A stretch of DNA of 64,000 bases from Stegostoma tigrinum (GCF_030684315.1 NC_081386.1:30485020-30549019); one strand, 5' to 3'; positions 25,585-38,369 are shown, counted from the first letter of the stretch. The notes: generated by a model not told the origin, from the sequence alone. Numbers and translations: made by a program.

Positions 25585-26925
25585 TTACAATACAAAAACA
25601 AAGTTGCTGGAAAAGCTCAGCTGGTCTGACAGTATCTGTAAAGGAGGAAAACAGTTACCATTTTAGACCCGGTGACCCTTCCTCAGAACTGATGGTAGCT
25701 CGGAAAATGTCAGTTTATATGCAGAAAAAGGAAGAGGCATGGGGTGTGGACTAAACGATAGGATAGAGCTGAAAGAGACAGAAGAACAGTTGGAAAGACA
25801 AAGTGTTGATATCGATCAGGCTCAGAGGGTGAATAGTTGTTAATGTGGACTATTAGTGACTAACAACAGGTGGTGTGTGATGGCAGGCTATGTTGTAACA
25901 GGGCCCTGTGTGTGGGGTAGGGGGCTGGGACATGGGAGAGTTTAGGCCCTAAAATTGTTGAACTTGATGTTGAGTCCGGAGGGCTGCAGGGTCCTCAAGC
26001 AGAAAATGAAATCTTTTGGAACGTGGGAGGAAACCGGAGCACCCAGAGGAAACCCTCGCAGACATGGGGAGAATGTGCAAACTCCAAACAGTCGCCCCAG
26101 GCTGCAATCGAACCCAGGTCCCTAGTGCTGTGAGGCTGCAGTGCTAACCACTGAGCCACCGTGCCGCCACACTGTGAGCAGCAAATGCAGTAGACTAGAT
26201 TCTGACAAAGACCTGAGCCATCCCCATCCACCACCATCCTCCTCTGCTTGACTGAGCTCATCCTCACCCTCAACTTCTCCTCTCATTTTCTTTGGGTAAC
26301 AGGGGTGGCTATGGGTACCTGCATGGCCCTAGTTATGCCTGTCTCTTCATGGGTTAATGGAACAATCCTTGTTCCAGTCCTATTTTGGCCCTCACCCACA
26401 ACTCTTCCTCCAATACATTGATGATATCATCGGCGCTGGTTCCCTCTCTCGTCTGAAATTGGAAAACTTCATCAATTTTGCCTCCAATTTCCACCCTGCC
26501 CTCACTTTCATGTGGTCTATCTCTAACTCCTCCCTTTCCTTCCTTGACATTTCTGTTTCCATTTGTAGGGATAGACTGGCCACTAATATCCACTACAAGC
26601 CCATTAACACCCACAGCTACCTGGAACTATGCATCCTCACACCCCACATCCCATAAAAACTCCATCCCGTTCTCTCAGTTCCTCTGTCTCTGTCGCATAT
26701 GTTCACATGAAGCCAACCCTGTCAAGGAAGCCTCCAAAATGTCCACCCTCGTCCTCAAACCTAGGATTCCCCAGTTCCATTGTCAACAGGGCCCTCAATC
26801 AGGTCCGACCCATCTCCAGCACTTCTACCCTCACCTCTTCTCTTCCCTCCTGCAACAGCAATGGATTCCCCCAGCATCCACATCCAGAAGATCATTAGAC
26901 GCTATTTCTGCCACCATAAAGAAGG
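25585..26925. mobile_element. Penelope-like element with inversion: 3' end and GIY-YIG remnant on - (~25585-26200), RT fragment on + (~26205-26925)
   Basis: RT motifs GVAMGT, PSYACLFMG, FLQYIDDI, FLDISV, IHYKP..HSYL, SIPFSQFL. On the - strand NLVYCICCSQCG and a degenerate hammerhead at 25652-25691 with a CAGUU/AACUG stem I. Confidence 0.88.
26015..26170 (-). mobile_element. HE1-type V-SINE (5' half) nested in the PLE
   Basis: Reverse complement reads GGCGGCACGGTGGCTCAGTGGTTAGCACTG...GGTTCGATTGC...GAGTTTGCACATTCTCCCC. Confidence 0.9.
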
Positions 26926-27234
26926 TGCGACCTAATGGAATACGATCAAGGGGCTGAATGATCAACTTCTGCTGTTGAATTGTGTATATATGATTATCCA
27001 CAGAGGCTCCTTCTATGTTGTATGCAACAATAAAAAAAGCGTGCATTAATGTAGGATCTTTACCTTGATGAAACATCCCAGCGTACTTCACCTTGAATGT
27101 TTGTTCTCAAGCAGAATATGACAGGCGGTCACTTAAAAGAATTCAGAAATGTCTTAAAAGAGGAACGACAGATACAGGGACAGAGAGGTTCAGAGATTGT
27201 ATTCCAGAGCTTAAAGCCTTCATAGTATAAAGAT

Positions 27235-28612
27235 CTCTCTGTAGCATAGCAAAGGAGAAGTTGCAAGGGAAGCTGAAAGGTGTGAAGGTGGATTATTCAC
27301 CCTGACTGGATTGTCTAAATCCCAGGGCTCTGAAGGATATAGCCAAGGAGATTGTGGAGGCTCAAGTAGTGATCTTTCAGGAATCACTGGAGTCACAGAA
27401 GTCCCATAGAACTGGAAAATATCAAATGTAACACCCCTGTTTAAGAAGGGAAGTGAGGCAGAAGACAAGAAATCATAGGCCAATGAGCCTGGCCTCAATC
27501 ATTGGCAAGATTTTAGGGTCCATTATTAAGGAAGAGATTGCAGAATACTTTGAAGTGCATGGTAAAATACAGCTGAGTCATACATTGTTTCATCCAGGGG
27601 TGGTCATGCCTGACAAATCTACTGGAATTCTTTGAAGAGGTAACAAGTTAGACAAAGGAGAGGCATGGGATATGATCTATTTGGAAGTCCAGAAAACCTT
27701 CAACAAGGTGTAACACAGAAGGTTGCTAAATAAGGTAAGAGCCCATGGTGTTAGGGACAAGGTGTTGGCATGGATTGTCTGAACTGGCAGAAACAAAGTG
27801 GGGAGAAGGGGATCTTTTTCAGAATGGTAGCCATGACGAATGGAATTCCACATAGGTCAGTGTCGGGAACTATAATTATTCACGTCGTACGTTAACAATC
27901 TCGAAGAAGGAACGAAGGGCATTATTGCTATATTCACATTTGACACAAAGATTGGTGAGGGACAGGTAATATCGACAAAATGGGGGGCTGTGGAACGACT
28001 TGGACAGGCTAACTGAGAGGGCAAAGGAGTGGCAGGTGGAAAACAATGTGAGGAAGTGTGAGGTTATTCACTTTTGTTGGGAAGAGTAAAGGTGTACACT
28101 GTTTTCTAAATGGGGAAAGGCTTTGGAAATCTGAACCACAGAGGAACTTGGAAGTCGTAATTCAAGATTCTCTTAAGGTTAACATGAGGTTCAGTTGGCA
28201 GTTAGGTACGCAAATGCAATGTTAGCATTCATTTTAAAAGCCTTGCAGGGATGCAGATGGTTCACAAGAATGATCCTGGCGATGGAGCACTTGTCAAATG
28301 AGGAGCAGTTGAGGACTCTGGGTCTGTACTCGATGGAGTTTAGAAGGATGAGGAAAGATCTCATTGAAACCTACAGAAGTCGAGGAGGCCTGGATGGAGT
28401 GGGCATGGAGAAGGTGTTTCCACTAGTAGGAAAGACTATGGCCTGAGGGCACTGCCTAAGAGTGAAGTACAACACTTTACAACTGAGATGAGGAGGAATT
28501 TCTTCAGTCAGAGGGTGGTGAATCTGTGGAACCTTTTGCTGCAGAAGGCTGTGGAGGTCAAGACACAGAGATAGATAGCTTCTTGTTTGAAAGGAACAAG
28601 GGTTACAAAGAG
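27235..28612 (+). mobile_element. CR1 LINE ORF2 (RT) fragment; its 3'UTR resumes at ~31770-31860
   Basis: NHRPMSLASIIGKILGSII; PHRSVSG; RRMRKDLIETY. Interrupted by an antisense CR1. Confidence 0.88.
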
Positions 28613-28619
28613 AAAGGTC

Positions 28620-31600
28620 CCAGAGTTATACAGCACAGAAACAGACCCTTCAGCCCAAGTGGTCCTTGCTGACCAGATCTCCTGAACTGAACTAGTCTCA
28701 CTTGACGGTGTGTTTGGTGCATATCCCTGTACTCTAGGGAAAAGACCTTGGCTATTCACTTTATCTATGCCGTCATGATTTTATAAACCTTTACAAAGGT
28801 CACCCCTCAAACTCCTACATTCCGGAATAAAAAGTCCAAGCCTATCCAGCCTCTCCTTATAACTCAAACATTCCAGTCTCAGTAACATTCTTGTAAATCT
28901 TCTTTACACCCTTTTCTGGTTTAATAACATCCTTCCTATAGCAGGACTACCAGAATTGTACACAGTACTTGAAATGTGGTCCTACCAAAGTCTTATACAG
29001 CCATAACATGACGTCTCAACTCCTGCACTCAAATGTTCTGACCAATGAAGGCTAATGAGCCAAACACCTTCTTCACCATCCTATCTATCTGTGACACCTC
29101 TTTCAAGGAACTATGTACCTGCAACCTTAAGTCCCTCTGTTCGACAATATTGTCTAGGGCCCTACCATTAACTGTTTAAGTCCTGCTCTGTTCATCTTAC
29201 CAAAATGCAACGCTTCACAGTTATCTGCATTAAACTCTATCTGCCATTCCTCAGCCCACTGGTTCAGTTGATCAAGATTCCGTTATCCTCTTACATAACC
29301 TTCTTCACTATCAACTACACCACCAAGTTTGATGTCATCTGCACATTTACTAACTGCACTGCCTATATTCTCATCCAAATTGTTTATATTGCTGACAAAC
29401 AACAATAAACATGATTTCCCACACACAAAGCCCTGCTGACTATCCCTAAACAGTCCTTGCCTTTTCAAATGCATAGATCCTGTCTCTCAGATTCCCCTCT
29501 AACAACTTACCCACCATGACAATAGGCTCACCAGTCTGTAGCTCCCTGGGTTTTACTTGCATCCTTTCCTAAGGAATAGCACAACTTTAGCCACCTCCAT
29601 TCATCCAGCCCTTCACTGTCAATGATTCATTTTTTTTGTTAGGCACTCTGCAATTTCTTCCCCGGCTTCCCACAACGTCCTGGGATACACTTCATCAGGT
29701 CCCAGGACATATCTACCTTTAGTGTGTGCTAAGACCTTCACCATTTCCTCTTCTGTAACATGGACTCTTTTCAAAACATCACAATGTATTTCCCCAAGTT
29801 TCCTAGCTTTCATGTCATTCTCCACAGTAAACACTGACATGAAACATTTGTTTAGGATCAACCCATCTCCTGTGCTTCCACACATAGATGGACTGGTTGA
29901 TCTTTAAGGGCCCCTTTATTTTCCCTAGTTACTCTTTTGCCCTTAATATATGAGAAGAATTTCTGGATTCTCCTTTAACCAAGGCCATCCCAAATCCGCT
30001 TTTTGCCCTCAAGATTTCCCTCTAAGTGTACGCCTACACCTGTTATACTCCTCAAGGGATTCACTTGATCCCATCTATCTATACCCAACATATGCCTCCT
30101 TTTTTCTCTTGACCAGAGTCTCAATATCTCTAGTCACCCAATGTTCCCAACACCTCCCAGCTTTGCCCTCCACACTAACGGGAGCATGCTGCCCCAGAAC
30201 TCTTGTTTTCTCACTTGTGAAAGCCTCCCACTTTCCAGACATCCCCTCCCAATCAACCTCTGAAAGTTCCTGTGAAATACTGTGAAAATTGGCCTTTAGA
30301 ACTTTAACTTTTGAAAGAGGACTATCCTTTTCCATAACTATTTTAAAACAAATAGAATGATGATTACTGGTCCCAAAGTGCTCTCTTACCAACAACTCAG
30401 TCACTTGCCCTGCCTTACTTCCCAATAGGAAGTTGAATTTTGCCTTTTCTCTGGGAGGGCAATCTACATATTGATACAGAACGTTTTCTTGAACATACTT
30501 AAATTCCTCCCCATCCAAGCATTAGCAATATGGCAGTCCCAGTCTAAGGCTGGAAGCTTAAAATCCCCTTCTATTATAACCCTACTATTCTCACAGCTAC
30601 TTGCAATCTCCCTATATATTTGCTCCTCAATTTCCTGTGACTAGCAAGGGCTCATAGTACCAAAGAGATCACCACCTTCTTATTAGGATCAAAAACTGCA
30701 GATGCTGGGAGACCACATCCATGGGGAGACAACAAGCTAACGTTTCAACTCTGATGAAGAGTCAGACTCAAAACATTAGCTTGCTGTTGCTCCATGGATG
30801 CTATCTGACCTGCTATAAGCTCCAGCATTTGTTGTCTTCATCCCCAAGTTATTTCTCAGTTCCGCCCACATAGATTCATCCTTCAGGAATGTCCTACTTA
30901 CTGCCGTGACATTTTCTGCAATCAAAAATGCCACTCCATCTCCTCTTTTGCCTCCCCTTCAACCATTCCTACAGCATCTATGTCCTAGAACCTTGAGATG
31001 CCAGTCCTGTCTCTCCTTCAATGTTTCTGTAATAGCTATGATATCCCAGATTCATGTTCCCATTCATTCCCTGAGTTGACATGTCTTTCATATCAGGCAT
31101 CTTACATTGAAATAAATATAGTTTAATTCATCAGTCTTCCTTCATTCCCTGGTGTGCTCTTGCCTGCCCTGTCTATTTAATTTGCTCTCTAAGTTCTGCA
31201 CCAACCTCAACCTTCTCTCTTGTCTCATTATTGCTTAGGGTCCCACCCTACTGCCAAATTGGTTTAAACCCTCCTAAGTAGCTTCAGCAGATCTCCCCAC
31301 CAAGATATTGATCTCTCTCCAGTTTAGGTGCTACCTGTACCTTTTGTACAGGCCACTTCTGCTCCAGAAGTGATACTAATGAACCAAAAATCTGAATCCA
31401 TGCCCCCATGCCAGGTCCTCCGTCATGCATTCATCTGCCCTATCCTCCTGTTCCTACTCTCAGCAGCACGTGGCACTGGGAGTAATCCAGAGATTACTGT
31501 CCTTGAGGTCCTGCTTTTTAGTCTCCTGCCTAACTCCCTATTTTCACTCTGTAGGACCTCATTCCATTTTCTTTCTATGCCCTTGGTACCAATGTGTACA

Positions 31601-31765
31601 ATGACCTCTGGCTACTTACTCTCCCCTGCAACTGCTCCAAGACATCCTTGAGCCTGGTACCAGAAAGACAACACGCCACCCTGGAGTCCTGCTCATGGGT
31701 GCAAAAATGCCTCTGTGGCCCTGACTAGAGAGTACCGCATCACAATTGCTCACTTGGACTTTGCC
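28620..31765 (-). mobile_element. Long decayed CR1 LINE (ORF1 esterase remnant, endonuclease, RT, 3'UTR)
   Basis: VVISGLLPVPRA..RNRRIGQMNA near 31420-31500; EHFGTSNHHSICFKI (endonuclease); SQQGFVCGKSCL and SKCADDIKLGG (RT). Confidence 0.88.
30685..30840. mobile_element. Penelope-like fold-back remnant nested in CR1
   Basis: Inverted segments CATCCATGG..CAAGCTAA / TTAGCTTG..CCATGGATG. Degenerate hammerhead CUGAUGA-A-GAGU(CAG)ACUC-AAAAC-AUU at 30751-30777. Confidence 0.75.
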
Positions 31766-33009
31766 ATAAGGGTTGAAAGACATATCAGCCTAATTGAATG
31801 GTAGAACAGACTCAATGGGCCAAATGGGCTAATTCTGCTCCTATATATTATGGTCTTATAGAAAATATGGACACCAATGTGTAAACAACTAAAGTCAGGA
31901 ACTCACAAGAATTGGAGGAGCTGTAAACTAAAGTAAATGTTCATTTCTGACAGATTAGTATATCTCAAGAAATACCAATATTTTCATGTTGCTTAACTAT
32001 TTTATGTAGCAACTGAATATTCTAAATTTGAGGGAATTCAGTATGAGGCCGTAATTTGATTAACATATTCAAGACATTAAGGGAAATAGATAAGATAGAG
32101 AGAAGCTATTAATAATTGTTGGAGTGCATAGGATTAGAAATGATGGCATAAAAATTGGCTGGAATTTCTGCAATAAAGTCAGGAAACACTTCTACACATG
32201 AAGGATCATAGAAGTCGGAACTCTCTTCTGAAAACAGTTGATGATGATATCAGATCAATTATTAATTTTAAAAGCAAGTTTAATAGTTTTGTTAAATAAA
32301 GGAATGAATTAAGGTAAGCGGTTAATTTGAAGATCACCCATGATATCACAGTGTTGTAAAAGGCTCAAAGCACTAAATGGTCTACTCATGTAACACCAAC
32401 CGAATTGAATTAGGAAAATACCGTAGCTGAATCTCATGGGAAACAATGACTAACATGCAGTTTAATGATGCACTAAGACCACGACAATGACAATTAGCAA
32501 CACATCAATAACAGCAAGAACCCTTAAGAGATTTAAATTCTCTGTTTTCAACAAACAAACATGTATTTGCCTTCCAATTCTGAGTGCAATCATTTCTGCT
32601 GGGATATCCACTGGTGCAAGCATCCCCACTGATTCTTCACCAGATGTCCATTTTTCATGCATTTACACAGAAAGCAAATTTTGTAAGATGGCTAGCATTA
32701 TAACGCAACCTGATCTACTCATCAACCAAAGCCATACTTCTGCACCTCCCTTCACAGCTTATTGTAGATTCTGTGCGAAATCCTGCAGCTCTGTTGATTG
32801 TGTGGACAATCTCAGCTTTGAACCTACATCCCATAAGTGACTGTTAACTCCAAAAAAAAAGGTATTTCATTATATGCATTATATGTTCCAATCTATGCCT
32901 TATTTTAAGTTTTCATCTGAAAACATCAAATCAACATCAAACAATCTCCATGTCTCTAAACAAAAAGTATTCACAGAAAAGGACAAAGATAAACCAGAAA
33001 TAAACGTTT

Positions 33010-35100
33010 TGAATTAGAGGAATGATATTCTTAATGTAAGAAAGGGCATGGACAAAGTGAATTAGGACCAGTTTCTTCTGAGAAAGTCTACATCAATCCA
33101 GTTGGAGTCTTTCAAGAAGGAAATAGTGCAAGTGCAGGCCATCTTAGTGTAAAATATGAATTCCAAGGAATTCTTGATATCTAGGAAAGTACAACATTGG
33201 ATAAAAAAAAACATGGAAGGTTAAAACAGATGTCAGAACACCAGAAACCCTAAAGGTATACAGAAAATGCATGGGTTTGCTGAAGTAATAAATTAGGAAA
33301 GCAAAGGGAGGTGTGCATAAAAAAGGGGCAGGTGGGGTGCATAAAAAAGGGGCAGGTAAAATGGAGGAAAATCTGAAGGTATCAAGTACATTAGGAGCAA
33401 GAGGATAACTCAGAAAAGAATCGAGTCTATTAGGTACCCAGGTGGCAAATTATGGGTGGAGCCAGAAGATCTTGTTAAGTCTTTAAATCAGTACTTTATA
33501 ACTCTATTCATGATAGAGAAGAACAAGGTAGTTATAGAATTAAGGGAAGAGAATTGGTGTACTCAAACAAATTACAAAAGAGCAGGTGGAGGTGTTAGTA
33601 TTAGCAGACTTAAAACTGGAAATGTCCCCAGGCCCAGATAGAATGCATTCTAGGCTACTGTAGAAGGTAAGGGAGAAAATTGCAGGGCCCCTGATATTAG
33701 CTTTCAGGACACTAAACATTTGCATCTCTAGACACCGAAACTTAACCTGCTGCCGGTTTTGGGAGTCAGCCAGAGGGGTGCCAAGGACTGTAGGACAGCT
33801 AATATGATACCGTTATTCAAGAAGGGTGACAAGAATAAACCGGGGTTTATAATCCAGTGAGTCCAAAACTAACTGAAGGGAAACTCTGGAAAAGATCCTA
33901 AAGGACAGAGTTAATCTCTACTTGGAGAAGCAAGAATTAATCAAGCAAATGAGAGGGAGATCATGTCTGTCAGGTTTGATTAGCCTTTTGAGACTAGACA
34001 TGCAGAGGAGATAAAACAAATATACACTACATGGGCTTTGAGATGGTTTTTGACAATGACTTGCTGGGCCACTGATCAAGAAGGTAAGAGCCCATGTGAT
34101 CCAGAGAAATTTGCCAAATTGGATCCAAAACTGGATTAATGGCAGGAGTCAGAGTGTGACAGTCAAAGGCTGTTTTTGTGACTGGAAGTATGTGTCCAGT
34201 GGCATTCCAGAGGTGTAGGATCCTCTGCTGATTGTAGTGTACATTAATGGTCTAGGCATGAATCTAAGATTTGATCAGTAAGCTTGTACATGACACAGAA
34301 ACTGGTGTGGTAAACAGTGAAGAGGAAAGCCTTAAACCTCAAGATGATATAGGCAGGGTAGTCAGATGGGCAGAACAATGGAATTTTATCCTGAAAAGTG
34401 TCTGATGATGTATTTTGGGAGGACAAACAAGGTAAGGAAAGGCTTTAAATTGCTGGACCCTAGGAAGGACAGAAGATCAGACATATGTTGGTGTGCTTGT
34501 CCACAGATCCTTGAAGGCAATATGGTGGATTTGTTAAGGTAGTTAAGGCATCATATGGGACATCTGCCTTTATTAGTCAAGGCACAAAATAAGACAGCAG
34601 GGAGATTATGATGCAGCTGTATACACTGTTAGTTAGGCCATGGCTGGGATAGTGTGCGCTGTTTTGGTCATCACGCTATAGCACAATTTAACTGAAGCAG
34701 AGAGGGTGGAAGAGATTTATCAGGATGTTGCCTGGACTGGAGTGATTCAATTATGAAGACAGACTAGATATTTTGGGGCTGTTTTCCTTACAGAGATGCC
34801 CAAGGCAGGAACTGACTGAAGAATACAAAATTATATAAAGTATTGACAGCAAGAAACTTTTCTCCTAATGCAGGAATCAATAACCAGGGATAGAGATGTC
34901 ACAGGCATAGAAAGCAAAAGGTGGTGTTACCTAGAATTTAGTGCTTGAAACGGTGGTAGACACGGGAAAGGTCACAATATTTTAGTAGAATTTAGATGAT
35001 TACTTGAAGTGTCATAGCATACAAGGCTATAAAGCAAATACTGGAACATGGGGCCTCGAGTAGATAGATGCTTGATGACCCAAGTGGACACGACTGAACC
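33010..35100 (+). mobile_element. CR1 LINE ORF2 fragment
   Basis: Decayed RT: PGPDRMHSRLL, ANMIPLFKKGDK, LYTLLVRP. CR1-like 3' end. Confidence 0.82.
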
Positions 35101-35530
35101 AAAAACACATCAGATCCTCATTCCGGAAACTAACAAAAGGTCAGAGCCTCAGCCAGAAAAACAGCAGTCAATCAAGTGCTCATTCGTGAAACCATAAACC
35201 TGTCAGGGCCACAATCCCAAAATTAATCATTTCAGAAGTTAGTATCCAAATCCGTGGCCTGTCATGTCTTCTGCATACTAACTGCCCTGCCTGTCAGGAC
35301 CTCACTCCCAAAAGTAGCTGCCTAAGGGCTGCTCGGTCTAAAAAACCAGCAGCTCGTCGTCAGGTGTCAGCATCCAAACCAGTAGCCCGTCAGATCCTAT
35401 GCTCACTAATTCCGCAATCTGTCAGATCCTATTCAGGAAACTAGATTTGTCAAGCCTCCATTGCCATAATCAGTAGGCCCAGAGGTGCCCGCAACAGAAA
35501 CCAGCAGCCTGCCAACCGTACCCATCTTAC

Positions 35531-35671
35531 CAACATATCCCTGAAGAGCAGCGGCGAGCCTAGCGGGATGCTCCAGTCCACATCGCCGCCGTCCGGGACC
35601 TTGATGCGGATGACCAGCTGCTGCTGGGGCGGCGGCTGCGCCTTGGACTCCATCTCACGGGGCACGAGCAT
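35531..35671 (-). CDS. MAP2K5: MAP2K5 (MEK5) coding exon 1, N-terminus and start of PB1 domain
   Basis: Translates MLVPREMESKAQPPPQQQLVIRIKVPDGGDVDWSIPLGSPLLFRDML, matching vertebrate MEK5 'VLVIRIKIPNSGAVDW...LLFRDVL'. Ends in phase 0 at a GTAAG donor (35526-35530). A second in-frame ATG is at 35651-35653. Confidence 0.95.
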
Positions 35672-35690
35672 CGCTCGCGCGGGTCCTCAT
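35655..35690 (-). promoter_or_regulatory. Upstream ORF (MRTRASDARAP*) overlapping the first MAP2K5 ATG
   Basis: ATG at 35688-35690 with A at -3, out of frame with the CDS. TGA at 35655-35657 lies 1 nt before the second in-frame ATG (35651-35653). Confidence 0.6.
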
Positions 35691-35708
35691 GCTCCACCAC
35701 GCGACCGA

Positions 35709-35781
35709 CCGCGAGCCCCGGACCAACGGCCAACGGCTGCCCGCGAGCCCCGGACCAACGGCCAACGGCTGCCCGCGAGCC
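35709..35781. repeat. 32-bp GC-rich tandem repeat (~2.3 copies) in the MAP2K5 5' leader
   Basis: CCGCGAGCCCCGGACCAACGGCCAACGGCTGC at 35709-35740 and 35741-35772 (identical), plus a partial third copy. Confidence 0.95.
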
Positions 35782-36839
35782 TGGGCTAACGCTCGCCTCG
35801 ATCACGGACTAACAGCTTTCACTCCAGGGTAAGGCCTCAATCTCTCGTATGTGTCTCTCCTGCACTTCCTCCTGCACCGACAACCTGCGTTTGCGCGCCG
35901 GCTGGCCTATTAGCTTCGACCAATAACGTGTATTTTGTCCTCCCTTCTCAAGATGCTTCAAATGTCTCTCTATTTTGTTTCCTTTTCCCAGCAGTTATCC
36001 GCCGCTGTTGTTTTGATACCGTGGCCCTTATTCCATCGTGACAGTTCCACTTTCTTTTTACTCGTGTGTTTTTGTTGGTTTTTCTCCCTCCTCCCCCCAC
36101 CGCCTCCTTCGGTTTGTAAATAGAGGAGGAATAGCAACTGAGGCTTTTGTATTACAATCCGGAACAAAAATGATGGGAGGTGGAGATCGCCGGATGCGTG
36201 TTCGAAAACACATCCCAGAGCCAGCGGACGTCTTTCCTGCCTGCTGCAGACTGGGGAGGAGCCCAGAAGCCAGCGCCCCCAAGAATGATTGATTATTCAC
36301 ACCCCTGGTCCCTACCCAAGCAATCCAGAAGTAAAATCACAGTAACGTAAAATGAAAAAAAGTGTACCTTTTGTTATTGATCTCATTAGTTATAAAAGGA
36401 TTGAAAATGGGCGTTCCGAATTCCATAGACTGATTCTGGGAGATGGGTCAAGCAGGGTTGGCAAACCTCCTAAAAGACAAGGTAGATTTTTTTTTAAAAA
36501 TGGAATCCTACACCACTGATTTATTAATTATAACTTTTGAATTTGTAGATAAAGACAGTTTCAAATATGAATAAAACAGACTTAGCAAATTCAACATTTT
36601 TCAGCATTTTTCTCTTTATTCTTATCAGAATTCATTGGTAAAGCCAAGTTTGTATTTTAAAGTGTACAAGGTACAGAAGGAAGAATTGTGAAGCCAGTAT
36701 AACATGCAACCAGTACGTTGCTGAATATAAAGAAATTCAGTAAGTTTCTGTTTCATCCACCCAAACTTCAATAGCATCTCCTCATAGTAACGGACCACAA
36801 ATTTGTATGTAGTTAGCTAGTTTTAGGAGACTTTTCTAA

Positions 36840-37300
36840 GTGGGTAGCACTGCTGCCTCACAGCGCAAGGAACCGGGGTTTGAATCCACTCGAACGACTG
36901 TCTTGGTGGAGTTTGCACGTTCTCACTATGTCTGTATGGATTTTTTTCCCCACGGTGCAAAAGTGTCCAGGTTAGGTGGTTGGCCATGCTGAATTGCCCA
37001 GAGTGGCCAGAGATCTGTAGGTTAGGTGGATTAGCAATCAGAAATGCAGGATTACAGGGATAGGGTAGGCGGGATGAATCTAGGTGAAGTTTTTTTCCGA
37101 AGAAGGGTCCTGACCCGAAACGTCAAATTTCCTGCTCCTGGCTTGCTGTGTTCCTCCAGCTCCACACTGTGTTATCTCAGACTCCAGCTTTGGTAGTTCT
37201 TACTATCTTTGAGTGAGTCTATGTGAGATGTTCTTCAAAGTGTCAATGTGGACTTGTTGGCCTGAATGGCCTGTTTCCACACTGTATGGATTCTATGGAT
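36840..37300 (+). mobile_element. HE1-type V-SINE interrupted by a PLE fragment (~37088-37212)
   Basis: TAGCACTGCTGCCTCACAGCGC...GGAGTTTGCACGTTCTC and tail GGCCTGTTTCCACACTGTA. The insert has a degenerate TSD TGAATCTAGGTGA/TGAGTCTATGTGA. Confidence 0.85.
37097..37124 (+). ncRNA. Hammerhead motif variant
   Basis: CCGAAGA-A-GGGU(CCUG)ACCC-GAAAC-GUC with a U4C change. Short U/A stem I. Confidence 0.5.
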
Positions 37301-37334
37301 TGTCTTGATCCTGACATCAATTAGTCTATTACGT

Positions 37335-38369
37335 ATAAGGACAGGAGGAGTTAAGAACAATTTCTAGCATGTCTTACTGAAAGAAATATCCCAAGGCAAT
37401 TCAAAGGAACATGATAAAACTGAGTATGACACCAAGTTACAAAAGCTGATATTGAAAGCAGCTTCATGTTGCACCGGAAAAATTCATTAAATCCTACAAA
37501 TTTAGGAACAGACATAAGAAGGGCCCAAAATTTACAAGGCCTGCTGGTATATCAGTTTTCTGACCCTCTTTGTCAATGTGTATTCATGGCCTAGTACGTT
37601 CACCCATGTTTCAGGTAATGTGTTTAATTTCTGCCACACACTAAACACACAGGTGGCCATAGGTAGCAGTCACATGACTACAGTAAGCCACTCATTGTAG
37701 TAAGGATACAATTGGATTTCTCCAAACATCCCCTGTAAGAATTCGCACGCACTATCATTTGCAAGTTGTGTAAGTTATCCAATATATGGGGTTATAAGAA
37801 AATTATCATTCACTAATAAAAATGTTAACTTTAGTCAGTTCCACTTTTGTCAATCTCTACAAGTGCATTATTCAATCAATAAAGCACACAGTTCTCCAAG
37901 TGACATATGCACACTGTCATTGGTTGTCCATCTGGTATGTGGTCATTTCTAGGATGAGGTCTTGATCAGGGCATTGTTATTCCCAAAGCGAGCACTGTTG
38001 CCATGGTAACAGCTGATGCTGATCCACTTCTGTTGCTGTGGAGCAGTGGAGCTCTAGGACTGATGGTCATTCTGTAGTCTGTACATGCAATGAGATCACG
38101 TTCCTGATCCACTGCCTTCAATGAAGGAACAGCTTCTCTACTAGCATAAGGACAGGAGGAGTTAAGAACAATTTCTCGCATGTCTTACTGAAAGAAATAT
38201 CCCAAGGCAATTCAAAGGAACATGATAAAACTGAGTATGACACCAAGTTACAAAAGCTGATATTGAAAGCAGCTTCATGTTGCACTGAAAAAATTCATTA
38301 AATACTACAAAGTTAGGAACAGACATAAGAAGGGCCCAGAATTTACAAGGCCTGCTGGTATATCAGTTT
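37335..38369. repeat. 224-bp direct duplication (37335-37558 / 38146-38369)
   Basis: About 6 mismatches by eye. The second copy is flanked by a 27-bp duplication (38120-38146, 38375-38401). Confidence 0.95.

Larger units (their letters stand above)
35540..36290 (-). promoter_or_regulatory. CpG-rich first-exon / 5'UTR / promoter region of MAP2K5
   Basis: The only clearly CpG-dense stretch in an otherwise CpG-depleted window. It overlaps and extends upstream of coding exon 1. The TSS cannot be determined from sequence. Confidence 0.75.

Noticed and set aside
32462-32840. 117-aa and 66-aa ORFs in intron 1
   Set aside because: No recognisable domain or convincing splice signals. Consistent with chance ORFs.
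33314-33357. ~25-bp tandem duplication
   Set aside because: Ordinary slippage inside a dead CR1.
36114-36123. MEF2 site in the MAP2K5 leader (CTATTTACAA on -), which would suggest ERK5-MEF2 feedback
   Set aside because: Mismatch at a core position of YTAWWWWTAR. Too weak without data.
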